64,000 nucleotides of DNA, from NCBI GenBank assembly GCA_964641125.1, contig CAZXMO010000003.1, forward strand, positions 29,756 to 93,755, in the 5' to 3' direction. This DNA comes from an uncultured Spirochaetales bacterium. GTDB lineage: Bacteria > Spirochaetota > Spirochaetia > SPDA01 > CAZSGZ01. Each line of letters begins with the position of its first letter. The first letter of the stretch is position 1. The position numbers were made by a program, and so were the translations under genes. Positions 27,411 to 35,095 of this stretch are shown piece by piece. The notes under the pieces are model-generated. The model saw nothing but the letters and a program-made list of their open reading frames with translations. It was not told the DNA's origin and did not search any database.

Positions 27411-27812
27411 TCATTCCCCCTTCTTCCGTATCGCCTGAGTCGCGCACTCCGGAACGCACGCCGGCTCTCCGCCGCAGAAATCGCACTTCCACGCCTTTTT
27501 GCCGACAAAGGTTATTGCATCGTAAGGACAGGCGTCCATGCAGGCCCTGCATCCGATACACTCCTCTTCATCGATGACGACGGTCCCCCCGTTTTCCCGG
27601 ATCGCGTCGACGGGACACGATTCTATGCAGGGATGACCTTCGCAGTCGTCGAATCGGCACACCCTGAACACAGGATCCCCCGGCCACGCCCGGTCGACGA
27701 AGATTCGGGACTCTTTCATATCCACCCTTTCCGTCTGAACGATGGAACAGGCAATCATGCATCGCCTGCATTCGGTACAGCGCTTCAGATCTATTTCAAA
27801 ACCCGTTAGCAT
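27411..27812 (-). CDS. Poly-[4Fe-4S] ferredoxin-like electron-transfer subunit (AorA-like)
   Basis: 133 aa with CTECRRCMIAC, CEGHPCIESCP, CIGCRACMDACP and CDFCGG…CVPEC cluster motifs. Confidence 0.8.
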   Translation of the reverse strand: MLTGFEIDLKRCTECRRCMIACSIVQTERVDMKESRIFVDRAWPGDPVFRVCRFDDCEGHPCIESCPVDAIRENGGTVVIDEEECIGCRACMDACPYDAITFVGKKAWKCDFCGGEPACVPECATQAIRKKGE

Positions 27813-27827
27813 AATTCTCTTCTCCGA

Positions 27828-30398
27828 TTACAGATATCCGCCGTCTTCGAGGACTCGAAGCGCGGATTCGGCGTCCTCCCCGGCAACCATTACCACGGGA
27901 CCGGTACATCCCATCCCGGCTTCGGCATATATTCCCCGTTTCGACAGGAGTGCCGCCGCACTATCGATTTCGAGGACGTCGATCCCTTCTATTTCCTTCC
28001 CCACCGGTTTTTTAGGCGGTCCGGAGGCCGCTGATTCGGGGACCCGCGGTTCCCGAACCTTGCCGATCACGCTTCCCGCGGCAAGAAACCTTCCATAGGT
28101 TTCGGCGACCACCCCGGGCAAGTTTCCCCGGACCATCCGCGCAAGATAAAGGAGGGCCGCGCCGGTTACCTCCGGGGAGGTCGCCCTGGAGATGATCCCC
28201 ACCAAGGATTCCATGCACACCCCGATACCCGGACCGTATCCGGAACCCTTCGTCTCGATAGTTCCGTCGGTCTCCGAAGCCGCGAGGAGCTTCATGATAA
28301 GGTTCCCCGTCAGGCTGTCGCACACCGCGACGTCCACGGTCCCCGCGAGGACATCATTTCCTCTGAGGAGCTCATCGCCGCGGGCGGAACCCGTGAGGTT
28401 GAGGTCGAAACCGTTCGCCGTTGTTTCTTTGAGCCGTCTTAAAGCCGTCTGGGCTCCTTCCAGATTGATAAGCCCTACCTTCGGCCGAACGATTCCGTAC
28501 GTCCTCGCGACACTGACGCCCAAGACGGTGTTCAGGACCAGTGCCTCCACCCGGCTCGTAGAAACCGTTCCGGTTGTCGTGGCGATGAACAGCGGTTTTC
28601 CCTCCGTCTTCGTGTTCACCATCCCCACCGTGGCCACTCCTACGGGAAAAGGATAATGAAAGGTCAGTGCTCCGTCGATCTTCTTTTCCGCGAGGGCTCC
28701 GGACATTTCCCGGTGGGCTTCTTCCGGGGTCCCCTCCTCGGAACCGAAGAAGACTATCTCGAGGTTCGGATCGTCCTCGGCGGCCGATTCTGCCCCCCGT
28801 ATCAGCTCGTCCGTTCCGGCTTCGCTCCCCGGGAGGGTCAGTCCCAGGGCAACCGGGCCGTCCCCGGTATACCCGGAAAAATCGAGGGGTATGCGGAAAC
28901 TTTCCGCCGTCGGCGCCGCGGAGATTGCCGAAGGTCCGGCATCGGAGGATTCGAAGAGTATCGATACCCCGTCGAAGAGATTGGTCATCCTCCCTAAGAA
29001 GAGACTCCCCTTGCCTATGACCATCGCCCGGGTAACAGTCCCCATCTCGGCGTACCGGAGGAGCCAGCCTAAGGCGGGGACCCCCGACGGAATATGCCCC
29101 TGCGTCGGGGCCCATCCCGAGACCCCGTGTTCATTGATAAAATCGGGTATAGAACTCCGCTCTATTTCTTTCTTCATCACCGCCATGGCGGCTATCATCT
29201 TGAGGTTTGCCTCGGTTACGTTTCCCGCGCCGGCGTTCTCGGTGATCTCCGGGTTCTGGAGCTCCGGAGCGTAGAGGTCCACATCGGAAAGACCGAATCC
29301 GCCGGAGGCAAGGGGGTCCGTCACGAGGTCCTGTATGACCGCCTGAGGGGAAGCGCCCGACCCTATCCTGTGCCTTCCCACCACGTCGGTACGGATGACC
29401 AATCCCCGCCCCTCACGTCTCACGAGGACCGCGAAGCCTGCCATGCAGTCCTCGAGGACCGGGAGTCCCTTCTCGATGTGTTTTTTGGAATTCATCCCCA
29501 GCTTAGCGGTGGTCCCCCCGGCGGTGACGACGACCGATTCGAAGATCCCCGACCGTACCAAACCCGCCGCCTGGAGAATACCGTGGACCGGTCCCGCGCA
29601 GAAGGACCTGGTGTCGCTGCCGGTGGCCCGAGAGAGGCCCGAGAGCTCTCCTACGGCCTTCGCGAAGTTGCCTCCTCCCCGCTGGTTGATGTCTCCGCAG
29701 GCCTCCTCGGAGGTCTCGATGATATAGTCGATACTTTCCGGATCCACCGAGTTTCGGTTCAGCAGATCTCTGACCGTGTAGACCGCGGTCGCCTTGGCGG
29801 CTAAGTTTTCGAGAATCGTGTGGGCATGGAGATTGACGTCGTCGGGATGGGCCGACCGGACGCATCCGACCACCTCACCTTTTGATTCTAGCGGCAGCGC
29901 CCCCTCGGCTATCTCCTTCTCGAGGGAACTCTTCTCGATCCCCTTCCTGTGTTTCGGTGTGATAAGCCCGGATAAGACCGGATCTTTCTCGAGGATCGAG
30001 AAAATCAGCTCCGAGAAATCCTGTTCTAAGGCCACGAGATCGAAGACGTCGGCAACCTTCACGAGACTGTAGAGAAGCTCTTCCGACAGGATCGATCCGA
30101 ACCGACCCCGGCATGCACGGCCCTCCATTTCGAATTCGCCGCCGGGTCCCGCCTTTTCGTACCAGGGGCGCGGAGGAAGCTCTCTCGGGTCGATGTTCCC
30201 GATGTAAGCCTGATTCGGAAGATATCCCGCAACGTCTTCGAAGCTTCTCAGCCGGCCGGCGAAGAGCTGTGCGAACTCGGCACCTCCCTCGGTCCGCTTC
30301 GTTTCGGCGTGAGGGGCGCTCCCGTAGGCAGCCGTGAAAAAGGGCGCGTGAAAGAGGCTGTAGGCGGCCGCGGTCAGGACGGGGAAACTATCAGGCAC
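27828..30398 (-). CDS. Glycine/sarcosine/betaine reductase complex component C, with beta (GrdC-like) and alpha (GrdD-like) subunits fused in one 856-aa polypeptide
   Basis: Residues ~1-483 are thiolase/KAS-like GrdC (FPVLTAAAYSLFHAP… to …GKGSLFLGRMTNLFDGVSILFE). A ~30-aa Ala/Ser/Pro linker occupies ~28857-28949. Residues ~515-856 are PlsX-like GrdD (…ALGLTLPGSE… to …AEAGMGCTGPVVMV…). Confidence 0.75.
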   Translation of the reverse strand: MPDSFPVLTAAAYSLFHAPFFTAAYGSAPHAETKRTEGGAEFAQLFAGRLRSFEDVAGYLPNQAYIGNIDPRELPPRPWYEKAGPGGEFEMEGRACRGRFGSILSEELLYSLVKVADVFDLVALEQDFSELIFSILEKDPVLSGLITPKHRKGIEKSSLEKEIAEGALPLESKGEVVGCVRSAHPDDVNLHAHTILENLAAKATAVYTVRDLLNRNSVDPESIDYIIETSEEACGDINQRGGGNFAKAVGELSGLSRATGSDTRSFCAGPVHGILQAAGLVRSGIFESVVVTAGGTTAKLGMNSKKHIEKGLPVLEDCMAGFAVLVRREGRGLVIRTDVVGRHRIGSGASPQAVIQDLVTDPLASGGFGLSDVDLYAPELQNPEITENAGAGNVTEANLKMIAAMAVMKKEIERSSIPDFINEHGVSGWAPTQGHIPSGVPALGWLLRYAEMGTVTRAMVIGKGSLFLGRMTNLFDGVSILFESSDAGPSAISAAPTAESFRIPLDFSGYTGDGPVALGLTLPGSEAGTDELIRGAESAAEDDPNLEIVFFGSEEGTPEEAHREMSGALAEKKIDGALTFHYPFPVGVATVGMVNTKTEGKPLFIATTTGTVSTSRVEALVLNTVLGVSVARTYGIVRPKVGLINLEGAQTALRRLKETTANGFDLNLTGSARGDELLRGNDVLAGTVDVAVCDSLTGNLIMKLLAASETDGTIETKGSGYGPGIGVCMESLVGIISRATSPEVTGAALLYLARMVRGNLPGVVAETYGRFLAAGSVIGKVREPRVPESAASGPPKKPVGKEIEGIDVLEIDSAAALLSKRGIYAEAGMGCTGPVVMVAGEDAESALRVLEDGGYL

Positions 30399-30711
30399 CT
30401 AAAATCTCCTCGAGCTTGGATTCCACCTCGTCGATTTCGAATTCCTTGGAGAACGAGGCTTCCTTTGTCCCGTCCCGGTAGATAAGGATAGACGGAAGAC
30501 CCATCACCTTTTCCCGGATGGCGAGCCTCCGGTTCCCCTGAATGTTGACCTTAGCGAACTCCGCCTTGTCCTCGTATTTTGCGGCGAGGTTCTCGAAATC
30601 CGGCATCATCTCCACGCATTCCTCGCACCCGTCGCTCCAAAAATCGACCACCACGACTCCGTCCGACTCGAGGACCGCCTCGTCGAAGGTGTCTTTATGT
30701 AGTTCTTTCAT
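30391..30711 (-). CDS. trxA: Thioredoxin with atypical active site G-C-E-E-C
   Basis: 106 aa Trx fold: VVVDFWSDGCEECVEM…, cis-Pro GLPSILIY. Confidence 0.8.
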   Translation of the reverse strand: MKELHKDTFDEAVLESDGVVVVDFWSDGCEECVEMMPDFENLAAKYEDKAEFAKVNIQGNRRLAIREKVMGLPSILIYRDGTKEASFSKEFEIDEVESKLEEILGA

Positions 30712-30733
30712 ACCGTTTCCGTCCTTTGAATCG

Positions 30734-30755
30734 GGCGGCCCCCGGCGGGACCGCC
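30734..30755 (-). other. Stable GC hairpin in the grdA-trxA intergenic spacer (9-bp stem, GCCG tetraloop; no U-tract)
   Basis: The minus-strand RNA GGCGGUCCC-GCCG-GGGGCCGCC was folded by hand. It lies between the grdA stop (30766) and the trxA RBS. Confidence 0.5.
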
Positions 30756-30765
30756 GTATAATCCA

Positions 30766-31224
30766 CTAGAGAAATTGACCTCGGATGGTCGAAACTTCCC
30801 GGACGATCTCGTCCACATCCAGGACCATCTCCATCATTCCGATGTTGTCCCCATAGACCGATTCGTCCAAATCGTTTTTAATCTCCGGTTCGAGCACGTG
30901 ATATGCGGGGAGTCCCAACTGGACTCCCGTCAATGGACCGGCATAGGCGGGATCGCCGTTTATAACCGTTTCGGCGATGAGGCCGCTTGCCTCAGGGTCG
31001 GCTCCGCCCAAGAGCACCAGGATATTCTCCTTTCCGTGCTCCTCGGCGAGCGCCTTTACCCGCTTCTGGTTCTCCAGGTCCATTGCTCCGGCCGAAGTTC
31101 AAACAAAGCACTCGGTTGCGGAAAAAATGATCTCGACATTCTTTCCCTCGAGACAGGCTTCGATTGCCCCGCCGGGGATTCCGTCTCGATCTCCTAAGAT
31201 AATTATCTTCTTACCGTCGAGCAT
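30766..31224 (-). CDS. grdA: Glycine/sarcosine/betaine reductase selenoprotein A (GrdA), Sec42 encoded by UGA at 31099-31101
   Basis: The track ORF (30766..31083) is only the part after the Sec codon. Upstream in frame: AGGAGG RBS, ATG 31224, [57 protein letters not shown]…. This matches the conserved GrdA CFVUT(A/S)AGAMDLENQ core. Confidence 0.92.
31063..31101 (-). promoter_or_regulatory. grdA Sec UGA plus candidate SECIS stem-loop
   Basis: Hand fold: CUUCGG/CCGG … CUGG/CC-A-GAAG immediately 3' of the UGA. Not verified computationally. Confidence 0.3.
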
Positions 31225-31242
31225 GAGTGCATCACCTCCTTT

Positions 31243-32409
31243 TTATGTAATGTCTATAGTCTCCGAACGTTTTCCATCGGTCACCCGAATAAGCTCAGGC
31301 ACACTGTCCACTCCGAAATCCGCGGCAATATTCCTGTAGCGGGATCTATCGAGCTTGACGAGGTTCTTCCCGTCTTCAGCGGCTTTCCGCTCGACAACAG
31401 GAAAGAGCTCGAGGGATTCGGCTATAGGCGGAAAGTAGAAATAGAGATAGAAATCGTTTCCCGCCTCCGAGGCCAGCCGTTCATATCCTTCTATTTCGCT
31501 CAAACCCCTGTCGGCGAAGAACGCCGCCGTCGCCCCGTCGGACGCCGCGGTGACGACCTGCCTCAAGTGTTTTTTTCGCGCGTCTCCCGCGGCGAAGACC
31601 AAGGAACGGCCGGTCCGCATTGCGTCGTCGGTTACGATGTATCCTCCGTCGAGCCCGATGAACCCCTCGGCGAAACCGGTTAGAGGAACGGTCCCCACGA
31701 ACATGAACACACCATCACAGTCCAGCTCCGCGGTGGTCCCGTTCTTCAAATTCTTGAGCCTGACCCGTTCGACGATCTCGTCGCCCTCGATCGCTTCCAG
31801 GGCATGGTTCCACATCCACGTGAGTTTCGGGTTTTCCATCGCATCGCAGGCCATATAGGAGTTACAGTCCAGGGTCCCCTCGTCGTGGACGACGACCATT
31901 ACCACCTCCCTCGCGAAGCGGCTGATGTAGACCGCTTCTTCGACCGCGGTGTCGCCGCTCCCGACGACGACCACCTTGGCGTCCTCGTAGAGCTCGGCGT
32001 CGCAGGTCGCGCAGTAGGAAACCCCCGAGCCGGTGAGCTCCTCTTCACCGGGAATGCCTAAACGTCTCGGTTCGCACCCCGGAGCAAGAATCAAAGCTCT
32101 TCCCTCGAAAAGGGCCCCGGATTTGCACTCCGCCCGGTAGATTCCGTCTGCTTGTCTTACGGTAAGGACCGTATCCTTGACGATCGCGCACCCCATTTCG
32201 AGGGCTTGATCGCGGAAGAGGTTGGTCAGCTCCCTGCCTCCGACTCCGCCGGGAAAACCGGGATAGTTCTCCATCCTCTCGGTGGTCGCCGCCTGCCCCC
32301 CCGGACGCTTCCGGTCGACGATACAGGTACTCCGTTTCGCCCTGGCTGCGTAAATCCCCGCGGTGAGTCCCGCGGTCCCCGCGCCTATGATGAGGATATC
32401 GTAGAGCAT
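31243..32409 (-). CDS. trxB: Thioredoxin reductase (TrxB) with a C-terminal cysteine-less thioredoxin-fold extension
   Basis: ILIIGAGTAGLTAG FAD motif, redox-active CATC, VVVGSGDTAVEEA NADPH motif and FAAGD. The ~75 extra C-terminal residues (…FYLYFYFPPIAESL…DSVPELIRV…) have a Trx-like beta-alpha-beta pattern with PPIA in place of CxxC. Confidence 0.8.
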   Translation of the reverse strand: MLYDILIIGAGTAGLTAGIYAARAKRSTCIVDRKRPGGQAATTERMENYPGFPGGVGGRELTNLFRDQALEMGCAIVKDTVLTVRQADGIYRAECKSGALFEGRALILAPGCEPRRLGIPGEEELTGSGVSYCATCDAELYEDAKVVVVGSGDTAVEEAVYISRFAREVVMVVVHDEGTLDCNSYMACDAMENPKLTWMWNHALEAIEGDEIVERVRLKNLKNGTTAELDCDGVFMFVGTVPLTGFAEGFIGLDGGYIVTDDAMRTGRSLVFAAGDARKKHLRQVVTAASDGATAAFFADRGLSEIEGYERLASEAGNDFYLYFYFPPIAESLELFPVVERKAAEDGKNLVKLDRSRYRNIAADFGVDSVPELIRVTDGKRSETIDIT

Positions 32410-33719
32410 CAGTACGGCACCCCCGCGAGCTTTCCGATTCCGCTCTGATTCGCCCCGCAGTAAAAGGCGGTGGTAACATCGAGGGTCCTCTCGATATCGG
32501 CGGGCTCTGGCTCGCCTCCGGTCTCTTTTCTCAATCTCAGGCAGTCTCCGCCGGCGACCCGGTTTACCTTGGGTATGGTAGTCGGCTTCTCGATCGATCC
32601 GGTGGAGACGACATACCTCGCCTCGGGGACATCGTCGACTAGGAGGATTCCCTCGGTCCCGTCGGGGCCTCCGAATTCGAAGGTGAAGGGGACCGCCTTG
32701 ATTCCCCAGCTCTCACAGGTCTCGAGGGTGAGCATCGCGTCGGTCGCCGCGTTGCCCCCCCCTTCCCAGGAAATGACCACTCCGTCGGCCCCGGTCCTGC
32801 GTACAAGGTTTGCCGCAATGTTCGCCACCCGCTGCTTTTCGAAGTGGCTGTTGTTGTGTCCCCGGTCGAAGACGACCCCGGTAAAGTTACAGCTCTTCCC
32901 GTGGGCCCGAGCGAGCTGCATCACCACGGGGAGGTTCGCCTGGATGTAGGACGGTATCTTGAAACAGGGCCACACGTAGTTGCCGCTGACGATACACCCG
33001 TCCATCACTTCGGTGGGCCCCAGCAAGGTGGGGACGATGTTGCTTACCTCCCGACCGTAGAGGAAGGTGTTCGAATAGGTCCCCTGATTCTGGCACTGGG
33101 TTACGTAGGCGATTTTCGGGAGAGCGGGATCCACCTCGGTGTCGAAATCGAAGAGCTCCGTATGTTCCGGCTCGCGGTCTTTGATAAGCCCTGCTAAATA
33201 ACGTGTACACCTGATACCCGCGGCCCTGACCGATCCGTCGTACTCCACATCGCTGGACCCTTCGACCATCTCCATCTTCAGGATCAGGTTGTAGGTCCCG
33301 GAGAAAGGCGAGTACCCCGCCGCGGGGCCGGCCATGTCCACGATGGCGTCCCGGGGATACAGGAGCGCCGATTTTCCCGCCCAGGGGAGTTCGGCGCACT
33401 CCATGACCGCAAGGTTTGTAATGAGGTGGGTCTTTCCCTCCCCCACGATGGTGGGTGGAGAGAGCTGCCCCGGCATAAAATCCCCGGGGCCCTCTACCTT
33501 AACCCCGACCTGGAGGGTATCGAGGATATGGACGATCCGCGTCGACTCCCCGGGCTTCACGATTTCCAGTTCCAGGCCGGCGATGTTCCCGTTCTCGTCC
33601 GAGTCGAGGAGATATTTTTCGAGCTCTTCCTTATCGACTGTAAGCACCCCGTTCTCGATGGCCGTCTCCGTCCCGAACTCGAGGTCTTTAATGGTAAAAT
33701 ATCCGCGTTCAAGTTTCAT
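32409..33719 (-). CDS. Grd component B GrdE/GrdG/GrdI-family subunit with Tyr at the proprotein cleavage position (GrdI-like)
   Basis: 436 aa, collinear with my recollection of GrdE (…RPGES.RI…KVEGPG…PTEVMDG.I.SGN-x-V…). The GrdE self-cleavage Asn-Cys is Asn247-Tyr248 here (TAC at 32976-32978). Confidence 0.75.
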   Translation of the reverse strand: MKLERGYFTIKDLEFGTETAIENGVLTVDKEELEKYLLDSDENGNIAGLELEIVKPGESTRIVHILDTLQVGVKVEGPGDFMPGQLSPPTIVGEGKTHLITNLAVMECAELPWAGKSALLYPRDAIVDMAGPAAGYSPFSGTYNLILKMEMVEGSSDVEYDGSVRAAGIRCTRYLAGLIKDREPEHTELFDFDTEVDPALPKIAYVTQCQNQGTYSNTFLYGREVSNIVPTLLGPTEVMDGCIVSGNYVWPCFKIPSYIQANLPVVMQLARAHGKSCNFTGVVFDRGHNNSHFEKQRVANIAANLVRRTGADGVVISWEGGGNAATDAMLTLETCESWGIKAVPFTFEFGGPDGTEGILLVDDVPEARYVVSTGSIEKPTTIPKVNRVAGGDCLRLRKETGGEPEPADIERTLDVTTAFYCGANQSGIGKLAGVPY

Positions 33720-33741
33720 AGATCCTCCGGTATCAGGGGTT

Positions 33742-35076
33742 TCAGGCTAACGCCACATCGAATTCGGTCGGCTCCGAGACCTCGGTGGCGATCGCCTCGA
33801 GGGCGGTTTCCACAAGGCGCTTTCGAAACTCGATTTCCCGGTCCTTCGGCAGATTCGGATCCCCCGCGGGATACGGAATTCCGCCGCCGGTTATAATCCT
33901 GCTTACCCCTACCGACTTAGCGACCGAGGGAATCGCGGTAATAAGGGCCGAAGGGATCCCTATCCGCTCGGCTTCTTTCTGCATCGTTGACACGCAACGG
34001 GTACAGGTTCCTCATGTGGAGGTGAATATCGCGGCGGATACGCTCTTCCGTTTGAGCTCCTCCGCGATACTCGCTCCGAGTTTCTTGCTCATGGCGACGT
34101 TAGTGCCGATTCCGCACAGGGCGAAGTATTCGGCGTGGAGTTTCTTGAATTTCCCCTTCTTTTCCAGGTCCCGGAGGGCGTCCAGCGGGACCACCCGGTC
34201 CGGGTCCTCGTCCACCCAGGAGCTGTCGTAGCCCCCGTGAATCCCCTTGAAATCCACCGCCGGAAGCTCGTCCATCCCCTCGATCGAATAGACCCCGTAG
34301 CTGTCGGAGAAAGCCTGCTTGAGCTTGTCCGGGTTTCCCTTAGGGACCATTCCGCCGCCGGTTACTACCGCAATCGTAGCCGAAGCGAGGTCGGTCAGAG
34401 GCGGCGCGGGGGGCACCTTCTCGAAGGATCTTAAAGGGACCTCGGTCGGCGGGCTCCCGCCGGAGAGCCTCTTCATCAGCATCTCGACGGCCCGCTCGGC
34501 CGCGTTCTTTTCGACCATCTCGTTGTACCGGTATCCCCGGGGGATATAACCGTCGACCAGGGCGTTATCGAGCTTGCCGTTCCGGCCGCACTTGAGGGTG
34601 AGGGCCGCGATCTTGGGCAGGTCCTTCCTCATTCCCGCGGCCGTTTCGGCGCAGGGGACGATATATCCATGCTTTTTGTAGATTTCCACCGCGGGATTTT
34701 CCGGATAGAGCCCGGTGATACAGGGAACGCCTAACTTTTCGCCGCAGAGCTTCATCACCATTCCGCAGGCCAAACCGTATCTGCCTGCATTGAAAGCGGG
34801 CCCCGCGACGACCACGTCGGGTTTCGCCGAACGGATAAGCTCCTCTATCTCGCTCAAGGTCTTTTCCTGCTCCTGATTAATCCGGTTGTCGCCGCACCAG
34901 ATGGTCCTGACGATTACCGCCGAGTCACCGAGGGCCCCTTCTATTCCGATGCCCGGTCCCTTCGGCCCGTCGACGAACTCCAGGGGGGCGTCCCCCTTCT
35001 CTTCGCCGCCTATTCCAGCGAAGAACTGATTGATGTAGTGAACTATTCGTATTTTTTCTCGTATTTTTTCCGCCAC
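33742..35076 (-). CDS. Grd selenoprotein B family (GrdB/GrdF/GrdH), Sec355 encoded by UGA at 34012-34014
   Basis: Track ORFs 34012..35076 and 33742..33993 are in the same frame. Read-through gives …SAAIFTST-U-GTCTRCVSTMQKEAERIGIP…, the conserved UxxCxxC selenoprotein B motif. The N-terminus RIVHYINQFFAGIGGEEK is typical. GTG start at 35076 with a GGGGAGGGG RBS. Confidence 0.9.
33985..34014 (-). promoter_or_regulatory. Selenoprotein B UGA plus candidate SECIS hairpin (CGUUG-CGUGU-CAACG)
   Basis: A 5-bp stem with a 5-nt loop starts 12 nt after the UGA. Hand fold only. Confidence 0.35.
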
Positions 35077-35095
35077 GGTCCCCTCCCCAGGTCCC

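Noticed and set aside
32409-35076. Naming the B-component genes outright as betaine reductase grdH/grdI.
   Set aside because: The Cys-to-Tyr change points that way. However, substrate class cannot be assigned from one residue and memory-based alignment, and the surrounding hydantoinase and carbamoyltransferase genes argue for something other than betaine. The genes are left as family-level calls.
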